64,000 bases of DNA, from assembly GCA_963843145.1 (NCBI GenBank), contig CAWJJC010000020.1, forward strand, positions 64,001-128,000. Reading direction: 5' to 3'. A model generated the notes under the pieces. It did no database searches. It had not been told where the DNA came from and saw only the letters and a list, made by a program, of their open reading frames with translations. Source of the stretch: an uncultured delta proteobacterium. Its GTDB lineage: Bacteria; Desulfobacterota; RBG-13-43-22. How positions within the stretch are numbered: position 1 is the stretch's first letter; the number at the start of each line of letters is the position of its first letter. Shown piece by piece: positions 9,500-19,397 of this stretch. Both the position numbers and the translations under genes were made by a program.

Positions 9500-11674
9500 A
9501 TGGCCAAAGATAGCGAACCACGATCCATAAAGCATGAGATTGTAGGACTGGGATTGGCGGCCCTGACGCTCCTCCTGGCCCTGAGCCTTTTCACCCACCA
9601 TCCCGCCGATCCTTCTTTCAGCGCTCCGGAGGCCGGCCGGCAAATTGTTCAAAACTGGACCGGCCGCCTGGGTTCCTATTTTTCGTCCTTCCTGTTTGAA
9701 TACCTGGGCCTGGCCTCTTTCTGGCTGGTCTTCATTCTGGGTCAGTTGACTTTTTTCACTTTTAAAAGGCAGCCCCGCCAGGCCTCCCCGTCCTGGTACG
9801 CCTTGGGATATCTACTGCTGTTGGTCGGTACAGCCGCCATCTTCTCCTGGGATGGGCAAAACTTCCAGTTTTTCGGCTGGAACTTTCAACGGGGAGGGGT
9901 GGTGGGTTATCTGTTTTTTGAGCAGATCAAGCGTTACCTGAACCCGCCGGGGACGAATATTCTGCTGGTAGTGATGCTCCTGGTGGGCCTGATCCTGATC
10001 AGCCGGGTCTCGCTGGCTCGTCTGGCGGAACGGTTCCAACTCGGGCTTTATGCCCAGGTGGGAGCCTGGCGGGACAGCTTTCAGAAGAACCGGGAACGGC
10101 GGCGAAAGGCCAAAGTCCTGACGGCCGGAAAAGAACTGCAAAAAGAAAGGGAATCGAAACCGCCGCTGATCGTCCAGAACCCGGTAGTCAAAGCCCCCCC
10201 GGCCCCGAAGGTCACGACCCAGCAGGAGCAGTTCGTTTTCATGAAGGACCTGGGGGACTATACCCTTCCGCCGCTTTCGCTCCTGGATGACGTGGAAAAG
10301 AATGACCAGCAAATACAGCAGCAGAGCCTGATTATGAATTCACGCCTGCTGGAAAAAAAACTGAAGGACTTCGGCGTGGAGGGGCAGGTTTTGGAGGTTT
10401 CACCCGGACCGGTGATCACCATGTATGAATTTGAACCGGCGCCGGGCGTTAAGATTAGCCGGATCACCGGGCTGGCCGACGACCTGGCCATGGCCATGCG
10501 GGCCGTGAGTATCCGGATCGTAGCCCCTTTGCCGGGGAAGGCGGTGATCGGCATTGAAATCCCCAACGTCCTGCGGGATACGGTGGGCCTGAAGGAAATT
10601 CTGGCCTCTCCGGCCTTCGCCGGTTCCAAATCCAAGCTGACCATCGCCCTGGGGAAGGATATCATGGGAATCCCGGTGGCCAATAATTTAGCCCGCATGC
10701 CCCACCTGATGATCGCCGGGGCCACCGGCACCGGGAAGAGCGTTTGCCTGAACGCCATGATCTGCAGCATTCTGTTCAAGGCCCGACCGGAGGAGGTCCG
10801 TTTTCTGCTCATCGACCCCAAACGGATCGAACTCCTGCCCTTCGAGGGAATCCCTCATCTGCTCCACGAAGTGGTCACCGAACCCAAGATGGCCACCCGG
10901 GTCCTGCGTTGGGCCATCCGGGAGATGGAAGACCGCTATCAGCGCATGGCTGAGAAAGGGGTCCGCAGTATTGACAGCTATAATCAGCGCCTGCTCAAGG
11001 AGAAAAAGGGAACTCCCCAGGGATATCCCGAGGGCTGGCTGCCTTATATCATCGTGGTGATCGATGAATTGGCCGACCTGATGATGGTTTCTTCACGGGA
11101 TGTAGAGGAATACCTGACCCGGCTGGCCCAGATGGCCCGGGCCGCCGGGATCCACTTGCTGATCGCCACTCAGAGGCCCTCCGTGGACGTGCTCACCGGG
11201 ATCATCAAGGCCAATTTTCCCGCCCGGATCTCATTCCAGGTCTCCTCGAAAACGGATTCCCGGACCATCCTGGATACCAACGGGGCCGAGGCCCTCCTGG
11301 GAGCCGGGGATATGCTCTTTCTGCCGCCCGGTGTTTCCAAATTACAGCGCATTCACGGGGCCTATGTATCTGAAACGGAGATCAAACGGCTGACCGATTT
11401 CTTGCGAAACCAGCAGAAGCCGGTGTATGATGATTCCATTCTGGCGGTCGAGGAAAACCTGGGTCCCGAGGAGGAAGAGGCCCTGGATGAGAAATACGAA
11501 GAGGCGGTCCGGTTGGTCAAGGAAACCCGGCAGGTCTCGATTTCCATGATCCAGCGCAAATTACGTATCGGCTATAACCGCGCGGCCCGCCTGGTGGAGA
11601 TCATGGAACGGGAGGGTATTGTCGGCTCGGCGGACGGAGGACGGACCAGAGAGGTATTGGTGAAAAACTTTTAA
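9500..11674 (+). CDS. ftsK: DNA translocase FtsK
   Basis: N-terminal TM domain, AGATGTGKS Walker A, ATQRPSVD, gamma domain IGYNRAARL. Confidence 0.97.
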   Translation: MAKDSEPRSIKHEIVGLGLAALTLLLALSLFTHHPADPSFSAPEAGRQIVQNWTGRLGSYFSSFLFEYLGLASFWLVFILGQLTFFTFKRQPRQASPSWYALGYLLLLVGTAAIFSWDGQNFQFFGWNFQRGGVVGYLFFEQIKRYLNPPGTNILLVVMLLVGLILISRVSLARLAERFQLGLYAQVGAWRDSFQKNRERRRKAKVLTAGKELQKERESKPPLIVQNPVVKAPPAPKVTTQQEQFVFMKDLGDYTLPPLSLLDDVEKNDQQIQQQSLIMNSRLLEKKLKDFGVEGQVLEVSPGPVITMYEFEPAPGVKISRITGLADDLAMAMRAVSIRIVAPLPGKAVIGIEIPNVLRDTVGLKEILASPAFAGSKSKLTIALGKDIMGIPVANNLARMPHLMIAGATGTGKSVCLNAMICSILFKARPEEVRFLLIDPKRIELLPFEGIPHLLHEVVTEPKMATRVLRWAIREMEDRYQRMAEKGVRSIDSYNQRLLKEKKGTPQGYPEGWLPYIIVVIDELADLMMVSSRDVEEYLTRLAQMARAAGIHLLIATQRPSVDVLTGIIKANFPARISFQVSSKTDSRTILDTNGAEALLGAGDMLFLPPGVSKLQRIHGAYVSETEIKRLTDFLRNQQKPVYDDSILAVEENLGPEEEEALDEKYEEAVRLVKETRQVSISMIQRKLRIGYNRAARLVEIMEREGIVGSADGGRTREVLVKNF

Positions 11675-11713
11675 CCCGGGGCAGGTTCCAGGGGTCAACA
11701 GAAGAACATACAT

Positions 11714-11940
11714 AAGCTTAATTTAATGACATTAATAATCAATAATTAATTGTTCATTATTAACTGTTAATAAATGCTTTGTGGCGCCGAGTTCTATTTT
11801 TCGTATTAAACCCCCATGGCCCGCGGCGGGGCACCCGCGAAGCATGAAAATGTCGAATGTCGAATAACGAATGTTGAAGTAACTAAAAAAAATCACTTCG
11901 AAATTCGATATTCAGCGTTCGGAATTCGAAATTCGTATTT
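11714..11940. repeat. Composite intergenic repeat: AT-rich element, REP-like unit and heptamer inverted element
   Basis: 11731-11780 resembles the reverse complement of 24533-24580; 11820-11850 matches the reverse complement of 6885-6914; tcgaat/attcga heptamer arms at 11850-11936. Confidence 0.65.
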
Positions 11941-11992
11941 TTTAGTTACATACTAAACAGCCCTATAGGGTGTCAACCGTAAGGAGTACTCC

Positions 11993-12724
11993 ATGGAGAA
12001 AAAAAGAAGCCACAAGGCCATCCTTTCCTTTTTAATTTTAATAACTTTTCCACTAACCTTCTGGGGGGCATTCGATCGAAGCTATGCTCAGGCAGATCCG
12101 GAGCTCCAATCCCTTTTGGAAAAGCTCAAGGACCGCTTCGGACTCATCAAAACTTTGAAGGCCGATTACGTCCGGAATCTGCTTCCCAAGGTATCCAGCG
12201 CGCTGCCCGCTGCGACGATGAAGGCCGAAGGGCGGCTCACCTTTGCCTCACCGAACAAGCTACGTCTGGACCAGAGCCAACCCCGGGCGGAACTGTTGGT
12301 CAGCGATGGGGAAAAAGCCTGGTGGTATATCCCCGGAGAAAAGACGGTCCAGGTTTTTCAAGTGAGCGAGTACGGCCAGACGGTCAAGCCCATCACCGAT
12401 TTTTTCTCCGGTCTGGGCGGTTTGGAGAAACATTTTACTGTCCGCCTGGACAAGACTATTCCTGAAGAGGCGCCTTTTTACGCGCTGGTGCTGCAGCCCA
12501 AAAATCCCCAGCCGGACCTCAACCAGATCCACTTGCGGGTCTCCAAGACCACCCTCCTGCCCCTGGAGTTCACTTTTTACAATATCCTGGGCGACGGAAC
12601 CCGCTTTCGCTTCAGCCAGGTCCAGACAGGGGTCCAAGTCAGCGACTCAGCCTTCCGGTTCACCCCGCCCAAGGGAGTACAAGTCATCACTCCTTCCGTA
12701 GCTATTCCGAAAAATAGCAAATAA
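11993..12724 (+). CDS. lolA: Outer-membrane lipoprotein carrier LolA family protein
   Basis: Signal peptide, EGRLTFASPNKLR, VSDGEKAWWY, FRFTPPKGV; conserved position after ftsK. Confidence 0.88.
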   Translation: MEKKRSHKAILSFLILITFPLTFWGAFDRSYAQADPELQSLLEKLKDRFGLIKTLKADYVRNLLPKVSSALPAATMKAEGRLTFASPNKLRLDQSQPRAELLVSDGEKAWWYIPGEKTVQVFQVSEYGQTVKPITDFFSGLGGLEKHFTVRLDKTIPEEAPFYALVLQPKNPQPDLNQIHLRVSKTTLLPLEFTFYNILGDGTRFRFSQVQTGVQVSDSAFRFTPPKGVQVITPSVAIPKNSK

Positions 12725-12836
12725 AAGAACCGAATCCTCGCCTCTTCGTCAGGCAGATCGGATAATTCAAAGGAAAGCGACTTTCCCCACGGGGTCCGGG
12801 GTCAAAGGCGGTTTTGCGGTGAATGGAGCGGGGCGA

Positions 12837-13250
12837 TTATTTTAAGGCTTCCTCAATCCTGACCCCGGTGGCCTTGATTTTTTCCATCTCCCCGGGTTGC
12901 AGATCGTGAGCCCGCATTTCCACCCCGTCGTTTTCCCAGCGGGGAACCAGGTGGACATGGTAATGATCCACGATCTGGTTGGCTGCCCGACCGTTGAGCT
13001 GAAACATGGTCATTCCGTCCGGTTTCAAGGACGCCTTAATAGCCAGGGCCACCTTTTTAACCGTCTTGAAGGCGGCCTGCAGGTCTTTTTCTTCAATGTC
13101 AAAGAGCGTGGCGGCATGCGCTTTCGGAACGATCAGGCAGTGGCCGTCGGACCGGGGATTGATATCCATGAAGGCGATGGTCTGGTCGTCTTCAAAGACT
13201 TTCACACAAGGAATCTGACCGGCAATGATTTTACAGAAGATGCAATCCAT
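12837..13250 (-). CDS. hit: HIT family hydrolase
   Basis: DCIFCKI; HYHVHLVP histidine triad. Confidence 0.93.
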   Translation of the reverse strand: MDCIFCKIIAGQIPCVKVFEDDQTIAFMDINPRSDGHCLIVPKAHAATLFDIEEKDLQAAFKTVKKVALAIKASLKPDGMTMFQLNGRAANQIVDHYHVHLVPRWENDGVEMRAHDLQPGEMEKIKATGVRIEEALK

Positions 13251-13454
13251 GGTTTCAATACTCTCTCTCTGGATTTCGGTAACCGCTCCAGGAATTATTA
13301 TCCGATTGGGGATTATTTATCAATTAGTTATTTTCTTGTCATCCCGAAGGCTTTCAGCCGCTCAGGGTTTATCCGGCCGTCGGTTCCCTGATCCCCGCCA
13401 GCCAATATTGCCATTGACAGAGCAAACCTTTACGATTATATAAATAATATCAGA

Positions 13455-13531
13455 GCGCCCATAGCTCAGCTGGATAGAGTGCCGGACTACGAATCCGTAG
13501 GTCGGGTGTTCGAATCACCCTGGGCGCGCCA
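13455..13531 (+). tRNA. tRNA-Arg(ACG)
   Basis: gcgccca acceptor, D-loop agctcagctggatagag, anticodon loop ctACGaa, TTCGAA T-loop, encoded CCA. Confidence 0.96.
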
Positions 13532-13740
13532 TGAATATCAAGGGGTTAGCCGAATCAGGCTAGCTCCTTTTTTTCTTTTGCTACCATTTTGCTACTATTC
13601 TCCTCAAAGATGGTGCTTTCGAGCTTCCTGGCAGCTTCCTGGTTCGACCTTTTGGTATTGTGCATGTAGACATTGAGCGTGGTCATCGGAGTCGAGTGTC
13701 CAAGCTGGGACTGGATGTACTTGATGGTTTCCCCTTGCTC

Positions 13741-14586
13741 CCGGTCACCGGAACATTAATCCTGGTGGGGGACGTCAATCAGCTCCCGTCGGTCGGGCCG
13801 GGGAACGTCCTTAAGGATATTATTGAATCCGAAGTTGCCCCGGTGGTTCAACTTAATGAAATTTTTCGGCAGGCCAAGGAAAGCTCGATTATCGTCAACG
13901 CCCATAAAATCAATCAGGGGGTTATCCCCAATCTCAAACCTCAGTCCGACAAGATTGATGACTTCTATTTTATCGACCAGGAAGACCCCAAGAAAGTTTT
14001 GGAATTGATCATCAGCCTGGTTAAAGACCGAATACCGAAACGGTTTGGGTTAAAAAAGGAGGACGAGATTCAGGTCCTAACTCCCATGCACCGGGGAATC
14101 GTCGGGGCCGGGAACCTTAACGTCGAACTCCAGAAGGCCCTCAATCCGCGGGAGGATGGGGTAGTTCGAGGGGGGAGGACTTATAAAGTCAATGACCGGG
14201 TCATGCAGATAGCCAACAACTACGACAAAGAGGTCTTCAACGGAGACATCGGGCGGATAGTCTCGATTGACGAGGAGGCCCACGAACTCAAAGTCCAGGT
14301 CGATGATCGGGAAATTGCCTAGGACTATTCTGATTTGGATGAATTGGTCCATGCCTACGCAGTCTCGATCCATAAATCCCAAGGGTCGGAGTACCCGGCG
14401 GTCGTTATCCCGATCCTAACCCAGCATTACATCCTCCTCCAGCGAAATTTACTTTATACCGGGGTCACCCGGGGGAAGAAACTTGTCGTTCTCGTTGGGA
14501 CGAAGAAGGCGATGGCCATTGCCGTCAAAAATGACAAGACTGAGAAGAGGTATACCCGGTTGCGGGACCGGTTGGTGGGGCAATAG
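13741..14586 (+). pseudogene. recD2: RecD2-like helicase C-terminal remnant with an in-frame TAG at 14320-14322
   Basis: [52 protein letters not shown]; N-terminus and Walker A absent. Confidence 0.85.
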
Positions 14587-14761
14587 CCAACATGTAAGGA
14601 CAAATCCCCTATGTACTGTTCCCAGAATGCTGTATAATTTGGGCCAAAAGGGTTTAGCTCGCCAACGGAATTGGTCTCTGAGACAATCCCTTTCGGCTCG
14701 TGAGCAAGCTTAATCCGGATGCAGAACAAGCGATAAAAAAATAATAGACATTGGGTGGTAT

Positions 14762-14820
14762 CCCCATCAAATGGATCGAGCAGATGCGCCAAGCCAAGCT
14801 CTTTATCAGGGGCGTTAGGT
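14762..14820 (+). other. Degenerate integron attC-like site
   Basis: Ends in GTTAGGT (GTTRRRY) just before the RBS of a short gene; left end degenerate. Confidence 0.4.
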
Positions 14821-14836
14821 GCCATGGAGGTGTGTT

Positions 14837-15094
14837 GTGACCACGAATGAGATCAAAAGATTTCTTCTCTGGTGCGTCGGTCTTAACTACGCGGTTCTAT
14901 TCATCTGGTTCGGCGTCTTTGTCTTTGCCCATGACTGGATGTATGGAATGCATGCCCGTTGGTTCAAGCTCTCGGTTGAGACCTTTGACGCAGTTCATTA
15001 CTCAGGTCTAGCAGTCTACAAGATCGGCATAATCTTGCTTAATTTAGTGCCATTAATCGCACTCTTTTTGGTTTGCCGACGGAGTCGCGTATGA
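14837..15094 (+). CDS. Small membrane protein (DUF6868-like), probable gene cassette
   Basis: GGAGG RBS, GTG start; FLLWC..NY.VL..WF..F..AHDW.Y..H..WF pattern. Confidence 0.75.
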   Translation: MTTNEIKRFLLWCVGLNYAVLFIWFGVFVFAHDWMYGMHARWFKLSVETFDAVHYSGLAVYKIGIILLNLVPLIALFLVCRRSRV

Positions 15095-15161
15095 CATTCA
15101 CCCACTCGTTCAAGGCCGACGCCCCTGATGGGTTGCGGCCTTAACGCGAACTTTGTTAAGG
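15095..15161 (+). other. Integron attC-like site
   Basis: ttCaaggccg...cggccttaa inverted repeat with one extrahelical C, ending GTTAAGG; inverse core degenerate. Confidence 0.6.
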
Positions 15162-15260
15162 AAGCTTGGCGTCGTCGCCAATCCACCGTTGTCTTTAGCG
15201 GTGCCTAGCCTAACCGTCGCAGCAATAACAAAATAATTAAGAATGAAAGGACTGACCCAC

Positions 15261-15827
15261 ATGAAAAAATCATTTGGCGCAAAAACCCTCATTTATCCTG
15301 CACCGGTCTGGTGCGTCGGAACCTACGATACCAACGGAAATCCAAACGTGATGACCATTGCCTGGGGCGGTATTTGTTGTTCCAAGCCGCCTTGCGTGAC
15401 CATTTCCCTCCGCAAGGCCACGTTTACCTATGGCAATATCATCGAGAGACAGGCATACACATTGAGCGTTCCGTCTGTCCAATTTGTTCAAGAGGCTGAT
15501 TATTTTGGCATGGTATCGGGCCGGAATGTGAACAAATTCAAGGAGACCCGTCTTACGCCAGTCAAATCTGATTTGGTCGATGCCCCGTATGTAAAGGAAT
15601 TTCCAATGATTTTAGAATGCAAGGTCATTCATCAATACGAGATCGGCTTGCACACACAATTCGTGGGTGAGATTTTAGACGTTAAAATAGAGGAAAGTTT
15701 GCTGGATGATGATGGGAAACCAGATATCGAAAGAATTCGTCCTATTGTCTTTAGCCCAGAAATACAACAATATCATGGTATTGGGAAACTTATTGGGAAA
15801 GCGTTTGAGATCGGAAAAAAACGGTAA
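15261..15827 (+). CDS. Flavin reductase / flavoredoxin family protein
   Basis: NVMTIAWGGICCSKPP, VDAPYVKEFPMILECK, HTQFVGEI. Confidence 0.9.
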   Translation: MKKSFGAKTLIYPAPVWCVGTYDTNGNPNVMTIAWGGICCSKPPCVTISLRKATFTYGNIIERQAYTLSVPSVQFVQEADYFGMVSGRNVNKFKETRLTPVKSDLVDAPYVKEFPMILECKVIHQYEIGLHTQFVGEILDVKIEESLLDDDGKPDIERIRPIVFSPEIQQYHGIGKLIGKAFEIGKKR

Positions 15828-16315
15828 TGGACTAAACTTAAATTATCAGGAACCGGTTTGTGGGCTCCATAGTCAAAATAAGAGGCTGAACCTTGGGTAG
15901 TCCGGCTGAAAAGGCGATATATTCAATAAATTAAATACTTCCTGAAGTCTTCTAAATCGGGTTTGGGCCGATACGCAAGACTATCATCGGTAATCGTTGA
16001 TCGCGGGGTGGAATACTTGAAACCCCAGTCTCTGATTTTTGAACCTGTGCCTGAAGGGTTCACCCTCATTTTTCAATTGATATTTTCCCATGAAGGTGCT
16101 TTTATTGGATGTACTCCTATACATAATTATTGAGTAAACATCCCAACTTAACCTCAACCTATTTGGAGCGAGAAATGAAGTGGGATTCTCAGGAGTGGCC
16201 GATATGAAGCCTCCATAGGGGATCAAATCCTTGTGGAGGCTTATTTTTTGCCACAATATTTCTATTGCTCCATTAAGCACCTAACTATTTCAGCAACCTA
16301 AAAGGAGGAAACACC

Positions 16316-16624
16316 ATGCCTTATTTAATAATAACTTCTTTGTACCCAAGCAAAAAAGAACTTGAAGTAGTCAAAATGGTTTCTGAAGCGATGAGTAAAT
16401 ATCCCCCTGATAAAAAACTGGCCACCCAGGTAGTCCCAGTCGCTTTGAAAGCAACCCATCAAGGTATACAGGCCATAATAGTTGAAGAGGTTAAGAAAGG
16501 GAAACTGGATGAAGCCTATATGTACGTAGTTCGTAGGATGGCGATGTTACAAGGTATACAAGGCTTTGAATATAGAATAGATACTTATCTTACGGCTGAA
16601 GAAGCCGGGGAAATACGGGCATGA
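16316..16624 (+). CDS. Hypothetical protein (possible terminal frameshift)
   Basis: AAGGAGG RBS; 102 aa; another frame continues GMSLPV*. Confidence 0.7.
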   Translation: MPYLIITSLYPSKKELEVVKMVSEAMSKYPPDKKLATQVVPVALKATHQGIQAIIVEEVKKGKLDEAYMYVVRRMAMLQGIQGFEYRIDTYLTAEEAGEIRA

Positions 16625-16937
16625 GCTTACCCGTTTAATTATATTACAAATTTACCTATAAGCCAAAGCGAACAAATCATTTTATGGAAATTTGTGATTG
16701 TAGTTGTGTTTGGTTTATTCATTCTAATTCAAGGTGCTCAAGCACAAACACCTTTCGACTTCACAGAATGTATCTCAGGAACCGCCACTATCGCTTTTCA
16801 AAGTAAAGATATAACCATCAGAGGCGTGGAAGGTTGACCAATTCTTATTGAAAGAAATAGGCCGATCTTCTGTTATTTATTGTAGAGTTCGAAGAGAGCG
16901 GGGTTTTGTGTTTCATCGACACATGGGAGGTGGACTC

Positions 16938-17459
16938 ATGAAAAATAGTCAGTCGCCCGAAAAGCATGGAGAATCCGGCCCGAAGATGCTTCTGTCGGAA
17001 AGTAAGAGGCTATCCCACCTTTCCGGTATCAAGGTTGTGAAGAAAGGGAAGATACCCGCTGACATTCAGGCAAACAGCGAAATTTATGATTTATTGACTC
17101 TTCCCGTATTTACATTATGTGCATGCTATCTCGGATATGCAAATTCTAAAATACTGGAGGAAGAAAAGGGTGAGATTCCCGTCGGCTTGATCTGGGACCT
17201 GTTCGACTTTACGTCTGGTCTAACCATCGACAGACAAATAATGGATCGGCATATGATGATTATTGAGAAGGCTTTCGAGTTGCTTGGCTTCCATGCAGAT
17301 CTTTCAGTCAAGGATCAACATATTGTTGTCATTGATGGAATTTCAAAGATTGCGGACAAGGAGAGTGGGAAAACGAAATACGTCGGATTCAACGAAAAAG
17401 GCATAAATCCGGACATTTTTTTGCAGATGTTGATGCGTGCTTTACACAGGAGCTTTTGA
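16938..17459 (+). CDS. Hypothetical protein
   Basis: GGAGG RBS before ATG 16938; 173-aa low-GC ORF. Confidence 0.6.
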   Translation: MKNSQSPEKHGESGPKMLLSESKRLSHLSGIKVVKKGKIPADIQANSEIYDLLTLPVFTLCACYLGYANSKILEEEKGEIPVGLIWDLFDFTSGLTIDRQIMDRHMMIIEKAFELLGFHADLSVKDQHIVVIDGISKIADKESGKTKYVGFNEKGINPDIFLQMLMRALHRSF

Positions 17460-18577
17460 ATCTTTCCTCTTTTTGACAACAGGAATTGAGCGTAGGGTCG
17501 TCAATCCAGAGATAAATGGTTATCGTTTACATCCCCAGAATCCTTTGAGTAGGGAAATTATTCAAAAACTTTAGAATAATTTGGGCGGCTCGAAAGTGAG
17601 CCAAGGAGGAGGTGAGTAATAGCGGCATAAATTGAGAAATATCCATAGGCTGGTGAGTATCGTAAAGGCCGTTAAAACGAAAGGAGGCATTCTAAAGAAA
17701 TCCTCTTTCCAGCGAATGACCTTAAATACCCTTGAAACAATTATAGGAGGCCGATCAGAAATGGCTCGGCCTTTGATTTGCGCATTTGAATCCGTAATCG
17801 TTGAACCCTTGAATCATTCCAGAACAGGATTTGCAGGTAAGTAGTCTCTTAAGATCCCTATAACTCGCCCCAGGAAGGCTCCAATCAACGTTTTAACCGG
17901 TCTTTCAAAAACCGCATTTTTGGCTATGCTAAACACAGGGGAGGCAAAAAGCACTCCTTCAAAGTGCCATCCTAAGCTTCCAACTGGCCTGTAAGAGCCT
18001 CCAATTAGCGTTTAAAACTGGCATATTTTACAGGCTTGAAGTTTCGATTTTCTGGTTATCACCGGTCAAGACTCAGTCCATACCTTCTACTGGCCTGGTT
18101 ATCTTTCTTAAACAGGCCGGTCAAGTCTTATAGAAGTACTACCGCGTTGGCTAACATTTCAAAATTATCCCATCACGAAAAAACTTTATACAAATAATGC
18201 AAATGGTCAGAAAGGCCATAATTCCATAACAACTGGCACTATGGACACATATTTTGATGATTCCAATGAAAATAGGGGTAGGGAGAAATCACAATTAAGG
18301 GAGTACAGGGCTAAATATCAATTTCTGCCTAATTCTTGGCGTTGGTCCTTGAATATTCGGGCACTGGGCCGACTTCTTCTCCCTGTACTTCCGGCCTGGG
18401 TCTCCCGGGTCGGTTCTCCGTTTTCTTCTCTGTAGTTATAGATATTCTCGATATAGTACAATAAAATATGGTTCTTCTTCCAATTAGTTGGCGAAGGCCT
18501 GGTATGACTGATGAACAAAGAAAACCGGTACTTTCGATTTAAACTGGCATCGTCTTCAATATCTTCATTTTCCTTTA

Positions 18578-19012
18578 TTAAAAAGTTCCCAACTGACAGG
18601 AAGAGACTTTAATTTTCAAGGTCTCACAGGCTGAAGAGATTTCTCTTTTGGCTATTTTAAATTTTACCGCAATTTCCCATGCTTGGGCACAGGGAAGTTT
18701 TCCTTTAACCAAGGCCTCCCCTATGGCTGATTCCAGGGCTGGTGATACGGTTTCCGCCGCTATAACCCTTTTATTGGGAGGGCCATATCCAAAAAGCCCG
18801 AGCTGGCATTTGATGACCGGGACCTCAAGCAAATCTATCGTAAAACCAACCTCGTGCGGTGTGACTTTCAATTTGCCGGCCACTTTAAAGGCTCCGGCAC
18901 ATGATATTTTCCCGTCAGAGACCCCCTGTTTTACGGCGTCGGCGATTGCCGGGTTCAACTTAAGTTCAGGCGGACGTTTTTTGGCGTAACTCTTTTTGTC
19001 TTTGTGCGTCAT
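18578..19012 (-). CDS. Hypothetical protein with a duplicated Cys-containing domain
   Basis: Two repeats of GK.[SP]CA.A..[VI]A...CQLG.F. Confidence 0.8.
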   Translation of the reverse strand: MTHKDKKSYAKKRPPELKLNPAIADAVKQGVSDGKISCAGAFKVAGKLKVTPHEVGFTIDLLEVPVIKCQLGLFGYGPPNKRVIAAETVSPALESAIGEALVKGKLPCAQAWEIAVKFKIAKREISSACETLKIKVSSCQLGTF

Positions 19013-19397
19013 GGATTCCCTCCCCGATAGCCTTTTGTCCAAATTGGAATTCTATATCCTTTTTCAAAGTATCCTTTTTCTGGTAAAAATGGCAACTATT
19101 AAAATTAGTTGAGGAAAATAGGATTTAATAGAATGGCTCAGGGCTATTGGGCTAAGGGGTTCTAGCCAGTTGCCCTTGGATTGGGAGATAATAAGAAAAG
19201 TTCCGGGGGGAAAAGGTTGAATTTTTGCAATAGAAAATTTATGCTGAGGGAAATTCGGGCAACAGGCAGCTACCGTTTTTCTTTCGCTTCTCTCTATAAA
19301 ATTGTAGATGCCGGGTTAATTAAAACCATGATTAGGGTTGGACGAAGTCAAGAGACCTTCTGAACCGGACTACCCAACCCTGGGGAGATGAGATAGG

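Noticed and set aside
14320-14322. In-frame TAG in recD2 (and TAGs in the ELWxxDGT remnant) as pyrrolysine or amber recoding
   Set aside because: Both genes are also truncated, and TAG is the normal stop of intact genes here (ccsA, hemA, rnj), so nonsense mutation is the simpler explanation.
16670-16838. Signal-peptide-like fragment (..WKFVIVVVFGLFILIQGAQAQTPFDFTECISG..)
   Set aside because: No clear start and quickly terminated; probable gene debris, not supportable as a feature.
17460-18560. Long low-coding stretch as a possible ncRNA
   Set aside because: No recognisable RNA motif or repeat; the short ORFs lack RBS and motifs.
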